From positions 4,709 to 68,708 of IMG/VR virus record IMGVR_UViG_3300020204_004241: a stretch of DNA of 64,000 bases; one strand, 5' to 3'. The stretch comes from a virus. Position 1 is the first letter of the stretch, and every line of letters starts with the position of its first letter. Under the pieces are notes generated by a model. That model had not been told where the DNA came from. It ran no database searches and saw only the letters and a program-made list of their open reading frames with translations. The position numbers and the translations under genes were made by a program. Positions 9,448 to 20,000 of the stretch are shown here, in pieces.

Positions 9448-10353
9448 TTAGTCTTTTGCCAGGGTACTTTCAGCAAATGACCTGATAGTTAGTCGGTGAA
9501 GTTCTACAAGTTCATCCATGCTGGTGGAGCCCCATGTATACCCACCAGCGAGAGCAAAGATCGTCGGGACCTGAAGAGCCAGGCACGCCTCGGCTACCAA
9601 TTCCTCACGATAGGCCAGGCTATGGCGTGAATACCCAGCATTGATCGGGTCCATGCCAGCGTTGTAGATGATGAAATCGGGCTGATTCTTGGCAACAATC
9701 CCTAGCGCCTCGGTGATGGCATTCATGTAGTCCCGATCCGAGGCAGAGCCCAGGATGTTGATATTGGACTTGGGGTCTGAAACGGCGTAGGTGTCGAATG
9801 GCGAAACGACAACATCTACCTGGAAGGTTGTATCTGGCAAGAACTTCCGCGTGATGGAGTACGTCCCCCCGCCGGCATGAGCGTCGAAGTCGATGATTGC
9901 GATATTCCGATAGCCAAGATCGGTCGCTCGCATGGCGGCGACTGCCAGCCCATTGAAGGTGCAGAAACCAGCACCACCGCTGTGATCAGCATGGTGTAGC
10001 CCACTGGACAACGAGCCGGCAACTGGCGCCCCGGCGTGAACGGCCTCTACGGCCCCTACAAGGCCCGATGCATGAGCCAGGGCCATCGTGTAGATGCCCG
10101 GGTCCCAAGTGAAGCCCTGCGAGCCACCAAGGGGTCCTCCGGTCTTGACGTCCTTGACGTACTGTTCGGCATGAACGATGCCCACGAGTTCCTCGGCAAT
10201 CGGCTCGTACTCAGTCGGGTCCGTCAGGGTTGCGTTGCTGATGGCGAACTTATCCATCGACTCTGCGATATGGACCGACTTGCGAGTCGTATCGAATGCG
10301 TACTTGCTAGCCGCATATTTACTGTTGTAAAAAATTTTCACTATTTCCTCCAT
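9448..10353 (-). CDS. Zn-dependent histone deacetylase family protein (HDAC/AcuC/AphA-like)
   Basis: GLHHA, GFCTFN, IIDFDAHAGGGT, AGMDP and GGY; the HDAC-fold catalytic and Zn-ligand motifs occur in the expected order. Confidence 0.93.
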   Translation of the reverse strand: MEEIVKIFYNSKYAASKYAFDTTRKSVHIAESMDKFAISNATLTDPTEYEPIAEELVGIVHAEQYVKDVKTGGPLGGSQGFTWDPGIYTMALAHASGLVGAVEAVHAGAPVAGSLSSGLHHADHSGGAGFCTFNGLAVAAMRATDLGYRNIAIIDFDAHAGGGTYSITRKFLPDTTFQVDVVVSPFDTYAVSDPKSNINILGSASDRDYMNAITEALGIVAKNQPDFIIYNAGMDPINAGYSRHSLAYREELVAEACLALQVPTIFALAGGYTWGSTSMDELVELHRLTIRSFAESTLAKD

Positions 10354-10434
10354 TTATGCGCCACCCCTGTTGGGCGGCTATTGCCATTCCGGCTATGTGG
10401 CTAGTCTATACTTGTATTGAGTGAAAGGCAAATT

Positions 10435-10782
10435 ATGGCTTCCCGAATACACGGCACCCTCAGCGCCAACACAGTCGCTACCGCGACAGTAACCGCGCCC
10501 ACCAAGACTCTGAACCTCAATACCATCTGGGGCCCAGACACCAAGGTCGTCAGCGACGGGATCAAGGCCGTTCGGGTCTCGATCTACGCAACTAACGCTG
10601 CTCATACTGGTGCCGGCTTTTTCACCATTGACGGAACAGTCCCCACCGTAAGCGGCAATGATACGTATCTTGCCATCAGCGGCAACCCCGGTAAAGTTGT
10701 TCATGTTGGGGGCCTTGATGAGGTGGTTGTCAAGATCATCAGCCCTGGTGCCTTCGCCTATTCGGTTGAGGTTGTTGACTAA
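10435..10782 (+). CDS. Hypothetical beta-rich protein, possibly virion-associated
   Basis: GAAAGG SD-like sequence before ATG 10435; T/V/G-rich. Confidence 0.6.
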   Translation: MASRIHGTLSANTVATATVTAPTKTLNLNTIWGPDTKVVSDGIKAVRVSIYATNAAHTGAGFFTIDGTVPTVSGNDTYLAISGNPGKVVHVGGLDEVVVKIISPGAFAYSVEVVD

Positions 10783-10855
10783 TAGACTTGAGGGCTATAG
10801 CCCCCCATAAGGCCGTACTCTAAAATTAGAAATCTAACTGAAATGCCCACACGAG

Positions 10856-10884
10856 TTGCGGAGCCGATTCCTGTCCGCTACATT
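10856..10884 (+). promoter_or_regulatory. Putative sigma70/SigA-type promoter
   Basis: TTGCGG (10856-61), 17 nt, TACATT (10879-84), upstream of GGAGG-ATG 10930. Confidence 0.45.
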
Positions 10885-10929
10885 GTCTCTCGCCGGAAAT
10901 AAGCCGGCAACAGACAATACGGAGGAATC

Positions 10930-11172
10930 ATGTCAGCAAGCGAATACCGCACGATCGTGGCAAGCACCAATCGCCGCCGAGGCCGTCCGCGCCTCAGCGA
11001 CGAAGAGCGCGTCATTCGTGCCGAGCAGCGCAAGGAAGCCAATCGCCTCAAGCAAGAGGCTCGTCGCCGCGCAGCAATCGTTCTTCAGCATCGTCACCAG
11101 GACGAGTTTCAGGTTCTCCTGCGGAGCGAGTACGACGCGCTCATCGCAGAAGCGCCCAGCGCTACTGTCTGA
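10930..11172 (+). CDS. Small DNA-binding protein with AT-hook-like motif
   Basis: RRRGRPR followed by a basic helix; strong GGAGG SD. Confidence 0.7.
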   Translation: MSASEYRTIVASTNRRRGRPRLSDEERVIRAEQRKEANRLKQEARRRAAIVLQHRHQDEFQVLLRSEYDALIAEAPSATV

Positions 11173-11464
11173 ACAGACGCCCACCTGATCGCGATGGCGC
11201 CCCTTCGGGGGCGCCATTTGCTTTTCCTGGGGCGGTGCGAGCCTTGCCCTCGGACTTGTTGAACACGGCGTTGATTTCTTCCTTTGTCAACTTGCCATCA
11301 TCCATGTAGGCATTTGCTAGGCCCTCGACCACAAAGGCGACGCCACCAACTCCAGCCATAAGCACGGCCTTCCAGATCGGGATGCCGGCTACAGCACCAG
11401 CGCCGATAACCCCAAGCCCGCTAGAGGCAAACTTTGCCAAAATGCGAAGAATGATGTGGTTCAC
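11162..11464 (-). CDS. Small membrane protein (holin-like)
   Basis: Two hydrophobic segments, then DDGKLTKEEIN. Confidence 0.55.
   Translation of the reverse strand: MNHIILRILAKFASSGLGVIGAGAVAGIPIWKAVLMAGVGGVAFVVEGLANAYMDDGKLTKEEINAVFNKSEGKARTAPGKANGAPEGAPSRSGGRLFRQ
11194..11225 (+). terminator. Intrinsic terminator-like hairpin
   Basis: Perfect 10-bp stem ATGGCGCCCC-TTCG-GGGGCGCCAT with cUUCGg loop, then TTGCTTTT; lies at the convergence of two genes. Confidence 0.75.
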
Positions 11465-11498
11465 CTATACATGATAGTTCATCAAGTACTCTTTCTAG
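11465..11498. promoter_or_regulatory. Back-to-back leaderless -10 elements
   Basis: Minus strand: TATCAT (11471-76), 6 nt, GTG 11464. Plus strand: TACTCT (11487-92), 6 nt, ATG 11499. Confidence 0.55.
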
Positions 11499-11792
11499 AT
11501 GAACCCCGACAACAGGACAATATACGGAAATATCGAACTAGTTGGTTCGTATCGCGAGCCATGCATTGTTTGTGGCCACCCGACTGGCGACTGCGCTCCG
11601 AGTGATGATAACCATTTCACCGTGGCAGGAGCGGGGGTGTTTCCATCATTGAACCACGAAGAAATTTTCGTCGTAAAAGAGGACATTTTTGAAGAACGCC
11701 AGATTACTCCGTTCACTCGTTCCCGAGTGCTCGTGCACCCGGCGGGCAAAACGATGCCGATTAGCGAAGCCAAGAAATTGGGTCTCTGCTAG
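11499..11792 (+). CDS. Hypothetical protein with CxxCxHxxxxC motif
   Basis: PCIVCGHPTGDC. Confidence 0.65.
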   Translation: MNPDNRTIYGNIELVGSYREPCIVCGHPTGDCAPSDDNHFTVAGAGVFPSLNHEEIFVVKEDIFEERQITPFTRSRVLVHPAGKTMPISEAKKLGLC

Positions 11793-11857
11793 ACGATTTC
11801 AGTATTGCCCCCATGATGTATCTTTGATGTTCCACCCAATTACGCGACGGAGTTTGT

Positions 11858-13783
11858 ATGTCATTGTCCCGGGAATTTGTTGATTCATATCGCACCAAGC
11901 AGGCACCATGGGGTTTCAGCGGATTGGGCGAGATTGTTTACCTTCGTACCTATAGCCGGCCAATGGAGGGTCTCGGGCGAAACGAGACGTGGCCGGAGAC
12001 TCTCCGGCGCGTAGTGAATGGAGCGCTTGAAATCGGCACCGAATGGACCGACGAAGAGGCCGAGAAGATTTTCGATCACATGTTCAATTTGCGCTGCTCC
12101 GTGTCGGGGCGCGCGCTGTGGCAACTTGGGACTGATCTGGTCCGCAAGTTCAATGCGGCCAGCCTCAATAACTGTTACTTCGTCAATGTCGAGACGGTAG
12201 ACGACTTCGAGTTTTTGTTTGACTACCTCATGCTCGGTGGCGGTGTCGGATTTTCGGTGGAGCGCTCGAAGATTCATGAGTTGCCCAAGATCAAGGCCGG
12301 CGTCACCATCACCCATGAGCGCAGCAATGACGCTGACATTATTGTCCCCGACAGTCGCGGTGGATGGCGGCGGCTTCTTCACTCGGTGCTCAAGTCATAC
12401 TTTTACACCGGCAAGTCGTTCACCTACTCGACCATGCTCATTCGTGAGTTCGGTGCTCCCCTCAAGACGTTCGGTGGAACTGCATCAGGGCCTGGTGCTT
12501 TGATTGAGGGCATCAATGACATCTGCAAGGTCATGGACAACCGGGTCGGCAAGAAACTCCGCTCGGTAGACGTCCTTGACATTTGCAACATCATCGGCCG
12601 AATTGTTGTCTCGGGTTCAAGCCGGCGCTCGGCTCAGATCGCCATTGGTGATCCCGACGACATTCTGTTCCTTCGCGCCAAGAACTGGGGAACCGGCAAT
12701 GTGCCCGGCTGGCGAGCCAACTCCAACAACTCAATCTACGCCGATGCGTGGGAAGAAATTCAGCCCGAACTGTGGAAGGGCTACGACGGCTCTGGTGAGC
12801 CATACGGCTTGCTCAACCGCAAACTCGCCCGAAGCATGGGGCGTGTCGGTGAGAAAAAGTCTGACCCCAGCATCGAGGGATTCAACCCCTGTGCCGAAAT
12901 CGCACTTGCCGATGGTGAGTCCTGCAACCTCGCTACGCTGTTCCTCCCGAACATCCGAAGCGAAAAGGAAATGCACGAGGTTTCAGTGCTTCTGTACAAG
13001 TTGCAGAAGGCGATCACCGGCATGGACTATCCATATGAAAAGACCACTCGCACCGTTCACAAGAACCGACGCCTTGGTCAGTCGGTGACCGGAATCCTCC
13101 AGGCCAGCGAAGAGCAGTTGTCGTGGCTCGACAGCACCTACCGCAACCTCGTTGACTTTGACGTCGCTTTCTCAAAGGAGCGTGGCATCCCGGCCTCGAT
13201 TCGACTGACAACCGTTCAGCCGTCGGGAACACTCTCGCTCCTGCCCGGAGTCACTCCCGGGATTCATCCGGCCTACGCGCGCTATTACATCCGCCGTGTA
13301 CGCTTCAGCGCTGCCGATCCGCTGGTGGAGGCGTGCCGGCGACGTGGCTACAAGGTCGTGCCGGAGATTCTTATCGATGGCCGCGAAGACCACACCAAGT
13401 GGGTCGTGGAGTTCCCCTGTAAGTCCCCGGAGAACGCCGTCCTTGCCAAGGAGATGACAGCAGTTCAGCAACTGGAGTGGGTCAAGAAGATGCAGGTCCA
13501 GTGGGCCGACAACGCAGTTTCGGTGACGGTCTATTACAAGAAGGAAGAACTTACCGAGATCAAGTCCTGGCTTGAGGCGAACTACACCAACAGCGTCAAG
13601 AGCGTAAGTTTCCTTCTGCACAGCGACCACAACTTCCCCCTTCCCCCATACGAGGAAATCACGGAAGAGGCATACGACAAGTTGGTCGCAAAGGTCGACG
13701 ACTCGGCGCCATTGGTCCTGGATGCCACCGGTTCATCCCTCGATGATGCTGACTGCGCTACGGGAGCCTGCCCGATCCGATGA
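11858..13783 (+). CDS. nrdJ: Class II adenosylcobalamin-dependent ribonucleotide reductase (monomeric RTPR type)
   Basis: RTYSR, SGRALW, LNNC, GGGVG, NPCAEI catalytic loop, CNL, TTVQPSGT, C-terminal CATGACPIR redox pair. Confidence 0.95.
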   Translation: MSLSREFVDSYRTKQAPWGFSGLGEIVYLRTYSRPMEGLGRNETWPETLRRVVNGALEIGTEWTDEEAEKIFDHMFNLRCSVSGRALWQLGTDLVRKFNAASLNNCYFVNVETVDDFEFLFDYLMLGGGVGFSVERSKIHELPKIKAGVTITHERSNDADIIVPDSRGGWRRLLHSVLKSYFYTGKSFTYSTMLIREFGAPLKTFGGTASGPGALIEGINDICKVMDNRVGKKLRSVDVLDICNIIGRIVVSGSSRRSAQIAIGDPDDILFLRAKNWGTGNVPGWRANSNNSIYADAWEEIQPELWKGYDGSGEPYGLLNRKLARSMGRVGEKKSDPSIEGFNPCAEIALADGESCNLATLFLPNIRSEKEMHEVSVLLYKLQKAITGMDYPYEKTTRTVHKNRRLGQSVTGILQASEEQLSWLDSTYRNLVDFDVAFSKERGIPASIRLTTVQPSGTLSLLPGVTPGIHPAYARYYIRRVRFSAADPLVEACRRRGYKVVPEILIDGREDHTKWVVEFPCKSPENAVLAKEMTAVQQLEWVKKMQVQWADNAVSVTVYYKKEELTEIKSWLEANYTNSVKSVSFLLHSDHNFPLPPYEEITEEAYDKLVAKVDDSAPLVLDATGSSLDDADCATGACPIR

Positions 13784-14052
13784 GTCTCGAAGGAGTAACC
13801 CCAGAAACGATCGCTGACACGATCAATGTGTTCGTCGAGAACAAGATGCTCATCCCCGTGGGACACGGATTTTGCTGGACATGCGAAAACGAAAAGCCGG
13901 TATACGACGTCTCGACGGATCACTTCCCGTCACAGGAGCCCAAGTGCGGCGACTGCATTATCAATACGGCAATGGCTGCGATGAAGTTGCCAGGATTTAT
14001 CGCCAAGGTGGAGCACGAGTATAAGCGACTGTATGGCGACGAGACTAAGTGA
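13780..14052 (+). CDS. Putative Zn-finger protein
   Basis: CWTC...CGDC; ATGA overlap. Confidence 0.65.
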   Translation: MSLEGVTPETIADTINVFVENKMLIPVGHGFCWTCENEKPVYDVSTDHFPSQEPKCGDCIINTAMAAMKLPGFIAKVEHEYKRLYGDETK

Positions 14053-14407
14053 TCTCAGGCGGCTAGGCGCTGACAAGTTCCTCGACCATGCTCAATTTCT
14101 GCTGGTCAAGTTTGGCCATTGCAAGGGCTTGATGCGAGCACCATCCGGGGCGCTTAGTTGTACGGCTGCCCTCTATGCGGGATGCGGGGCAAAACCAGAC
14201 AAGATTCCCTGGGACGCTGATAGCGCTGAAGTTGCCGGCGTTACCGCTAAGAACTGCGCTGTTGCCGATGAGTTGCTATTGTTTCTGGAAGGTCTTGCAA
14301 GAACGGACTGCCTAGAAGAGTGGAATGATCGAGATGGCATCGAAATCGGACAGTGCCTGGGTCTGCTTCAAAAAGCAGCGGACATGATCCGTATCAGCCT
14401 CGACTAA
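14033..14407 (+). CDS. Hypothetical phage protein
   Basis: G.CKG...SC..AL...EWND...L.KAA pattern recalled from small actinophage proteins (DUF6197-like, unverified). Confidence 0.55.
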   Translation: MATRLSDLRRLGADKFLDHAQFLLVKFGHCKGLMRAPSGALSCTAALYAGCGAKPDKIPWDADSAEVAGVTAKNCAVADELLLFLEGLARTDCLEEWNDRDGIEIGQCLGLLQKAADMIRISLD

Positions 14408-14976
14408 TTGGTGCAGGCAATAGCAAACTGCCAGTAGTACTTCCCGACGACCGGCCAAGTGATCCCGGTGCCCTTGTCATGCCAAGAGGTTCCTAATGGA
14501 TTGTTGGGAATTATTTCATACATATCAGCAAGATTTGTGAATTTGCATGACTCAAGCAGTTTCCATACTCGTTCATGGTGACAGTTCCAGTGGTGTGCTG
14601 CACCATCCCACCAAGACGCATTTGAGGTATCCCTGATGTCCTGGTGTTCGAGGGCGCTTAGCACCATTTCCCACGGTTCCTGTTTCTTTGCCCATCTCTC
14701 AATGGTCTTGAGAACATCTGGGCCAACTACTAGCAGTCGAGCGCCGGGTTTGCTGATGCGTTTGATTTCTTCAAGAAAGGCCGGCACCTCTGGCCAACTA
14801 ATGTGCTCAAGTACGTGCCCCATATATACCGCATCAAAGGTGTCGTCCTCGAATGGGTATGGCTCGCCGGGCTTTACAAGCACGTCAGGCTTGGTGAGTT
14901 CGTTCTCCCAGACATCAGTGTTTACCCAGCCCTTGGCGTAGTGGGTTCCACATCCGGCATTTAGATATTTGGCCAT
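14404..14976 (-). CDS. Class I SAM-dependent methyltransferase
   Basis: LNAGCG, PFEDDTFDAVY..HVLEH, RISKPGARL. Confidence 0.88.
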   Translation of the reverse strand: MAKYLNAGCGTHYAKGWVNTDVWENELTKPDVLVKPGEPYPFEDDTFDAVYMGHVLEHISWPEVPAFLEEIKRISKPGARLLVVGPDVLKTIERWAKKQEPWEMVLSALEHQDIRDTSNASWWDGAAHHWNCHHERVWKLLESCKFTNLADMYEIIPNNPLGTSWHDKGTGITWPVVGKYYWQFAIACTN

Positions 14977-15007
14977 TCCGTGAAGACTAGCAGCACACTC
15001 ACCGGAG

Positions 15008-15039
15008 AAAAGGAAAAGCCCCCGAGTTTCCCCGGGGGC
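15008..15039 (-). terminator. Intrinsic terminator after the major capsid gene
   Basis: Minus strand GCCCCCGGG-GAAA-CTCGGGGGC then TTTTCCTTTT. Confidence 0.85.
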
Positions 15040-15062
15040 CAGTCCTTTGAGCCTTTGCAGGA

Positions 15063-16358
15063 TCAGGACTCGAAGTCGACCTTCACGAACGCCTCGGGCC
15101 GCTTGACAGCGAGACCCAGACGCTGCTCGGCCAGAATGACGATGGCATTCCGGACGAAGAAGTCGCTGTGCTGCTCGCTGATGCGGATGCTGGCCTGCTC
15201 GCGGTCGTACAACTGCGCGCCACTTCCGAACGCGCCGACGAGGGCGGTTCCTTCAGTGATGGCAGGTGTGTCGACTACGGGGAGACGCCACAACCGGGGC
15301 TCGCTGCCCATGGCAACCGAGATCGCCACGAGGTACTGGCCGTTGTCGTCCTTCGCGAGTTCGATGCGCTCCCAGTCGTTGGGGTGGAGAACCACACCAG
15401 TGGGCTCGTAGTAGGCGAGGAACGACAGGGTGGCCGCACGACGGATCGAGTCGGCGTAGTTGTCGCTTGCTTCACCCTCGGACTTGTCGAAGGTCTGAAT
15501 GCCGGCGGTCTGGAGAATACCGGTGAGGTTTTCGCCCAGGCCGTTGCCGTTCAGAATCTGCTCATCTTCCTGGAGACGCAGACCGTAGAGCAACTCGTTG
15601 TCGATGATCGAGCGCAACTGTGGCTCGTCGGCAAGTACGTTGCGGTGGGCCGCTTCCCAGTGAGCCAGGGTCCGGATGGGAGCCTGCTGACCGGTGAAGG
15701 TGAATCCCGACTGGGGCTTCGCAGCGAAGGCGCTGTTGCCCGAGTTGCGCTCAGCGACGCTGGAGGCAGCGTTGGTGAAGCCGGTCATCGAGAAGTACTC
15801 GATTACCGCCGCAGTGGTGGTGCGGGCGGGGAACAGGTCGCGAACGCGACGGGTACGCATCGGGGGAACGATGATCGGGTCACGCTGGATGGTGCCGAAC
15901 GAGCCGGGGGTGCCGGAGGGCAGGGCCGAGTAAACGTCCTTGCGTCCCAACATACCAGCAACGTCAGCCCTCTGAAGCATGAAGGGGCTGGGCATGTTGG
16001 CGCCATTACGGCCACCGTTCAGGGCCTTGAACTCAGCGGACTCGATGAACAGGTCACCGAGGCTCTTGCCGAGGGCTCCCGAAACCACAGTGAGGCCGGC
16101 GGCGGCAGCCGAAGCAACGCTGTCCGAGGCGGGCGACATGCCCCACTCGTCAGCGGCCTTCATGGCCTCCATGGCCTCGATGAGGCTCTTGATTTCCTTG
16201 ATGTCGGCCATGTTCCGGTCGAACGCGGACTTCTGCTCCGGGCTGACAACGACAGTGCCGTTCTCAATGCGGAAGGAGTCAGCGATCTCCTTGTTGTTGG
16301 CCATCTTTGCCCGGAGCGCACTCTGGAGTTCGCGCAGGCGGCTTTCGTCGAATGACAT
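15063..16358 (-). CDS. Major capsid protein, HK97 fold
   Basis: Coiled-coil delta domain; VAE....KPQS, RTLAHW, EDEQILNGNG, LHPNDW, KDDNGQY, FVRNAIVILAEQRL..AV.RPEAFV. Confidence 0.96.
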   Translation of the reverse strand: MSFDESRLRELQSALRAKMANNKEIADSFRIENGTVVVSPEQKSAFDRNMADIKEIKSLIEAMEAMKAADEWGMSPASDSVASAAAAGLTVVSGALGKSLGDLFIESAEFKALNGGRNGANMPSPFMLQRADVAGMLGRKDVYSALPSGTPGSFGTIQRDPIIVPPMRTRRVRDLFPARTTTAAVIEYFSMTGFTNAASSVAERNSGNSAFAAKPQSGFTFTGQQAPIRTLAHWEAAHRNVLADEPQLRSIIDNELLYGLRLQEDEQILNGNGLGENLTGILQTAGIQTFDKSEGEASDNYADSIRRAATLSFLAYYEPTGVVLHPNDWERIELAKDDNGQYLVAISVAMGSEPRLWRLPVVDTPAITEGTALVGAFGSGAQLYDREQASIRISEQHSDFFVRNAIVILAEQRLGLAVKRPEAFVKVDFES

Positions 16359-16509
16359 TTGTCTTCTCCTGTTGGATGATGTCGGATGGATCGGCAGGTG
16401 AGCACCAGACCGCTGTATTACAACATAACAAAAGAAGATCGAATGTAAGGTAACTCTTTGTTACTTATTAGTTGTGACTTGTTGCGTATAGCACTTGTAT
16501 ATCCCCTGG

Positions 16510-16731
16510 TCAGAGGATTTCAGTATTTGTTTGTTCGTCTAATTCCTGGTCATCAGGGGTATTTTCTTGACTCATCTGCTCTTCTTCAGGGGTTTCCGTA
16601 TATTCCCCATCTTCGTCATCAACAAAAATATTTTGTAACAACGACTTTACAAAAGCCCGTTTGTCGTCGTCAGAGGCAGTTTTGAGCCCTTCGGGGACTG
16701 GGGCAACGGTCATTCGCATCTCATTCATCAC
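16510..16731 (-). CDS. Small acidic hypothetical protein
   Basis: Overlaps the upstream ORF; D/E-rich tail. Confidence 0.55.
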   Translation of the reverse strand: MMNEMRMTVAPVPEGLKTASDDDKRAFVKSLLQNIFVDDEDGEYTETPEEEQMSQENTPDDQELDEQTNTEIL

Positions 16732-16987
16732 TGGTCAGCACCTCGTCAATAGCGGCTTCCCGCTCTTCGTCACTGATGTATTCGCCGGCGATCTCCAGTG
16801 CCCGGTCCCGATTCCGCTCGAATCCGTCCATGTAATCCCCCAATTCATCCTGGGTCATTCCATACTCTTCGGGGTCCATATCTTCCGGCGGAGAATCAAT
16901 CAAGCCATAAATATCCGCGTAGTTAAATTCTTTTTCTTCGTTGTCGAAGGTGTCAGACTGAATGTGGTAGGCAAATGTAGGTCTCAT
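16721..16987 (-). CDS. Small acidic hypothetical protein following the 1566-aa gene
   Basis: AGGAG SD; strongly acidic. Confidence 0.65.
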   Translation of the reverse strand: MRPTFAYHIQSDTFDNEEKEFNYADIYGLIDSPPEDMDPEEYGMTQDELGDYMDGFERNRDRALEIAGEYISDEEREAAIDEVLTSDE

Positions 16988-17002
16988 GCAGTTCTCCTGG
17001 CC

Positions 17003-20000
17003 TTAAACCTTTTCGACAATCGGGATCGGGCCCTTAAATAGCGGCCGGCCACGACTGTCCTTCATGACGCTTAGGATCATTTGGATTCTGTCCTGTACCG
17101 ACATTTTGGACATCTTAGTGATGTCCGTGTCCACACCACGGGCCTTGAGGAACTCAACAATTCCCCCACCCCAATTTCCGAATTCGGCCTTTCCATATGT
17201 AGCGGTGCGCAGGTAGCCCAACATTTCATGACGGTCATCAAGCGAAAACTCTGACCGACCTGACGAAATAGCATCTGCTAATTCTCTTGACGCCGCCAGG
17301 GCTTCTGTCTTGTTGCCTGGCAGCCATTCACGTCGCGCCAGTTCCCACAGAACGCTTTGCATTGCTCGGGGATGCTGGGTGAAGTCCTCTCCAGTCAACT
17401 GCTTCCACTCTTCAGCAACATTCATGATTGCCGCCGAAACTAGTCCATATCCTCGGCCGTGACCGAGACTTTCAAGACTATTGAATAGAACGTCGGTTTC
17501 GTTGAATGCCCCGTCATTACGTCTGGTTTTTTGTGATATCGCCGGCAGGGCGAAACCGGCAACAGCCATCCATGTGTCGTTGGTTATGTCCCTAAAATAG
17601 GAGTCCATTGGATTGTTGAGGTTATTGTAGAACGACCTGACCTTGCTCTCGTCGCCAAGCAAATTAGAAATCATTGACGACATGAATGCCGCATGCTCGG
17701 GTGAATCAACATCACCAGCAAGGGCGGCCAGTCGATCTCCGTCCCGCAGCATTTGAATAGCCTTGATGTCATTCACCAAGTATGCGCCAGCAGCCTTTTT
17801 CTTTCCTCTAATCGGATTGGCTTTGCCGGTTGCAGGGTCTGGGTTGAGGTCCAACTCCATCAATGGTCCTTCGCTACCATCAATGTACTTCATACCATTT
17901 ACTGATGCGTGTGCCCTATGAGCAACTGCAACCTCAAAGTTTGACATACCCTGAATTCGCTTGCCAGTAAATTGCTGTGCCAATTGATCTGCGTCAAGGC
18001 CGGCAATAGACCGGAAGAATTCCATGTCATTTTCTAGTGACTTAAGTTGGTACTTAAGGGCTGCGATAGTTCCCTCGCGACGCTTCTGCAATGCCTTGGA
18101 ACCCTGGTTGCGCTGCTTACCTAATTTTTCAAGGCGGCGCCGTAGTTCATTAGCGGCTGCGCTGCTGCTGTTAGTCACCTGATTCCAGTTTTTGCCGCCG
18201 CCCGATGCGCGAGCCTTCATGATTCCTTGGGCCATCGCCTTGGCGACCTCATCGCTAACCTCAAAATCTGGGTCAGCAATCATCTTGGCCATATGCTCCC
18301 CAAGCACAACATTCGAGTCCCATGGCAGTTGGGGAGAGATTGTTGCCATTGCGGCCGCCACCAGACTTGGATGAATATCTGTTTCTGCGGCAATTGACCC
18401 AATGTATTCATTGGCTACTGGGTACCAATGCTTGGCGCGTGCGCGGAACTCCTTGTCGGCTGGCGAGTCATACTGAGCCAGAAGCCGCAACATGTTGTCT
18501 TTGATGTAGTCATTGATCTGCATTACCGCATCATCAATTTGCTTCAACTGATCGGCGGAATAGTCCTTATCACCGGCCTTTAGGATTGGCACCGGCTCAA
18601 CGTGACGAAGGCCAGGCACGCCTCCGATCATTGCATTAACCATCGCTGCTTTTTGTCCTGGCGTGTAGTTGCGTCCTCCAACTTTATCCTGGCCGGCAAG
18701 GCGTGATACCTGTCCGCTGGGATCAGTCTTTCGTGTGCGGCGCACACGGATGTCCGTAGTCGGCCGTGATGGTGAGTAGGTGCTGCCCGCTTGCTCAGCG
18801 CCGGTATCAATAAAAGCCCCATTCATATCACGATCAGCGAGACGATCCATGTCAAGTACTGACGCCACGCCGCGACCTCGGCCGATATTCGTGACGGAGT
18901 CAAGGGACTGCTCGGACTTGTCGTAAACATCCGCAATATCGAAGGTCACAGTACCGGTAGCATCATCATATACGGCATTGATTACTGTGCCGATCGAGCC
19001 ACTCTTCACTGATGTGATTTCATCAATGTTGTCAGAAAGCCAACGGAACACACCTTCTTCGCCGTCCAGGGTTAGTGCGTCGTTCTCATCAAAGATGTCA
19101 TCCGCATCAAATGTGACAGCCACGTTTCGCGGGACCGCATAGGTGTTGTCAAGTCCGGCTCCCATAATTTGGATAGACCGCATACTTGACTCAAGGTCGT
19201 CAATTTCCTGACGAAGTTTAAGGAGTTTTGCGGTCTGAAGTTTAGACCAAACTGACTGACCCTTTGCGTTGGTTAGTGCCAGGATTTGGTCGAGTTCATC
19301 AGTTGTTACTGACGACAGGTCACGATCTCCCAGGCGAGACGAAAGCGCTTTCCGCGATGCCGTATCAAACTTTTTAATTGCTTCAAGTCTGTCGGCAGTG
19401 CGGGTCCGCGGATTGATTTTGCGGAAGACATCCTTCCGGTATCCGATTGAACTCCTGCCACCCTCGGTGAGCCGGCTGGCCACCACTCCCTGCCGGGCGA
19501 TTTGTGCCGCCTGAGCATTCGTAATCCGGCGAGTTTCAGGGATGGCGTCGAAAGCATCTTGCGAAACCCGCTGAGCAATTACACGAACAGCACCGGTCGG
19601 GTCATTGCATCCTTCAAGTTTCCAGTTCGTGAACTGCCCTCCGTTGATTGTTGTTGGAGGGCAACGAAGCATTCCATCTTCGTCAACAAGGGCTCCACCT
19701 CGTTTGGCGATTTCCTGACTGATGGTTCGGAGTTTTGCGCCGCCCCTACGCTTGGCTGCCTTGAACTCCACCAGATGCTGGTCAAAAGACTTAGTTGCCT
19801 CAGACCAGTATTCACCGAAGCCTTTTAAATTATCGACCACTCCAGGCATCATCACCCGGTGGATGAGGGACTTCTCTCGCTTCTTCCACGGATGACCTTC
19901 CGGGAGTAGATCGTTGTCGGTGACATAACTGGGGTTACTGGGCTGCCCATTTGACAGAATCTGAAGGAAGGCATTTACTCGCCCCATCGCCCACTGGTTG

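Noticed and set aside
11858-13783. Intein or intron in RNR (also checked for terL)
   Set aside because: Lengths are normal, motifs are contiguous and no splice-junction motifs were seen
15168-16355. 395-aa plus-strand ORF antisense to the major capsid gene
   Set aside because: Shadow ORF expected from strong codon bias in a highly expressed gene; no recognisable motifs
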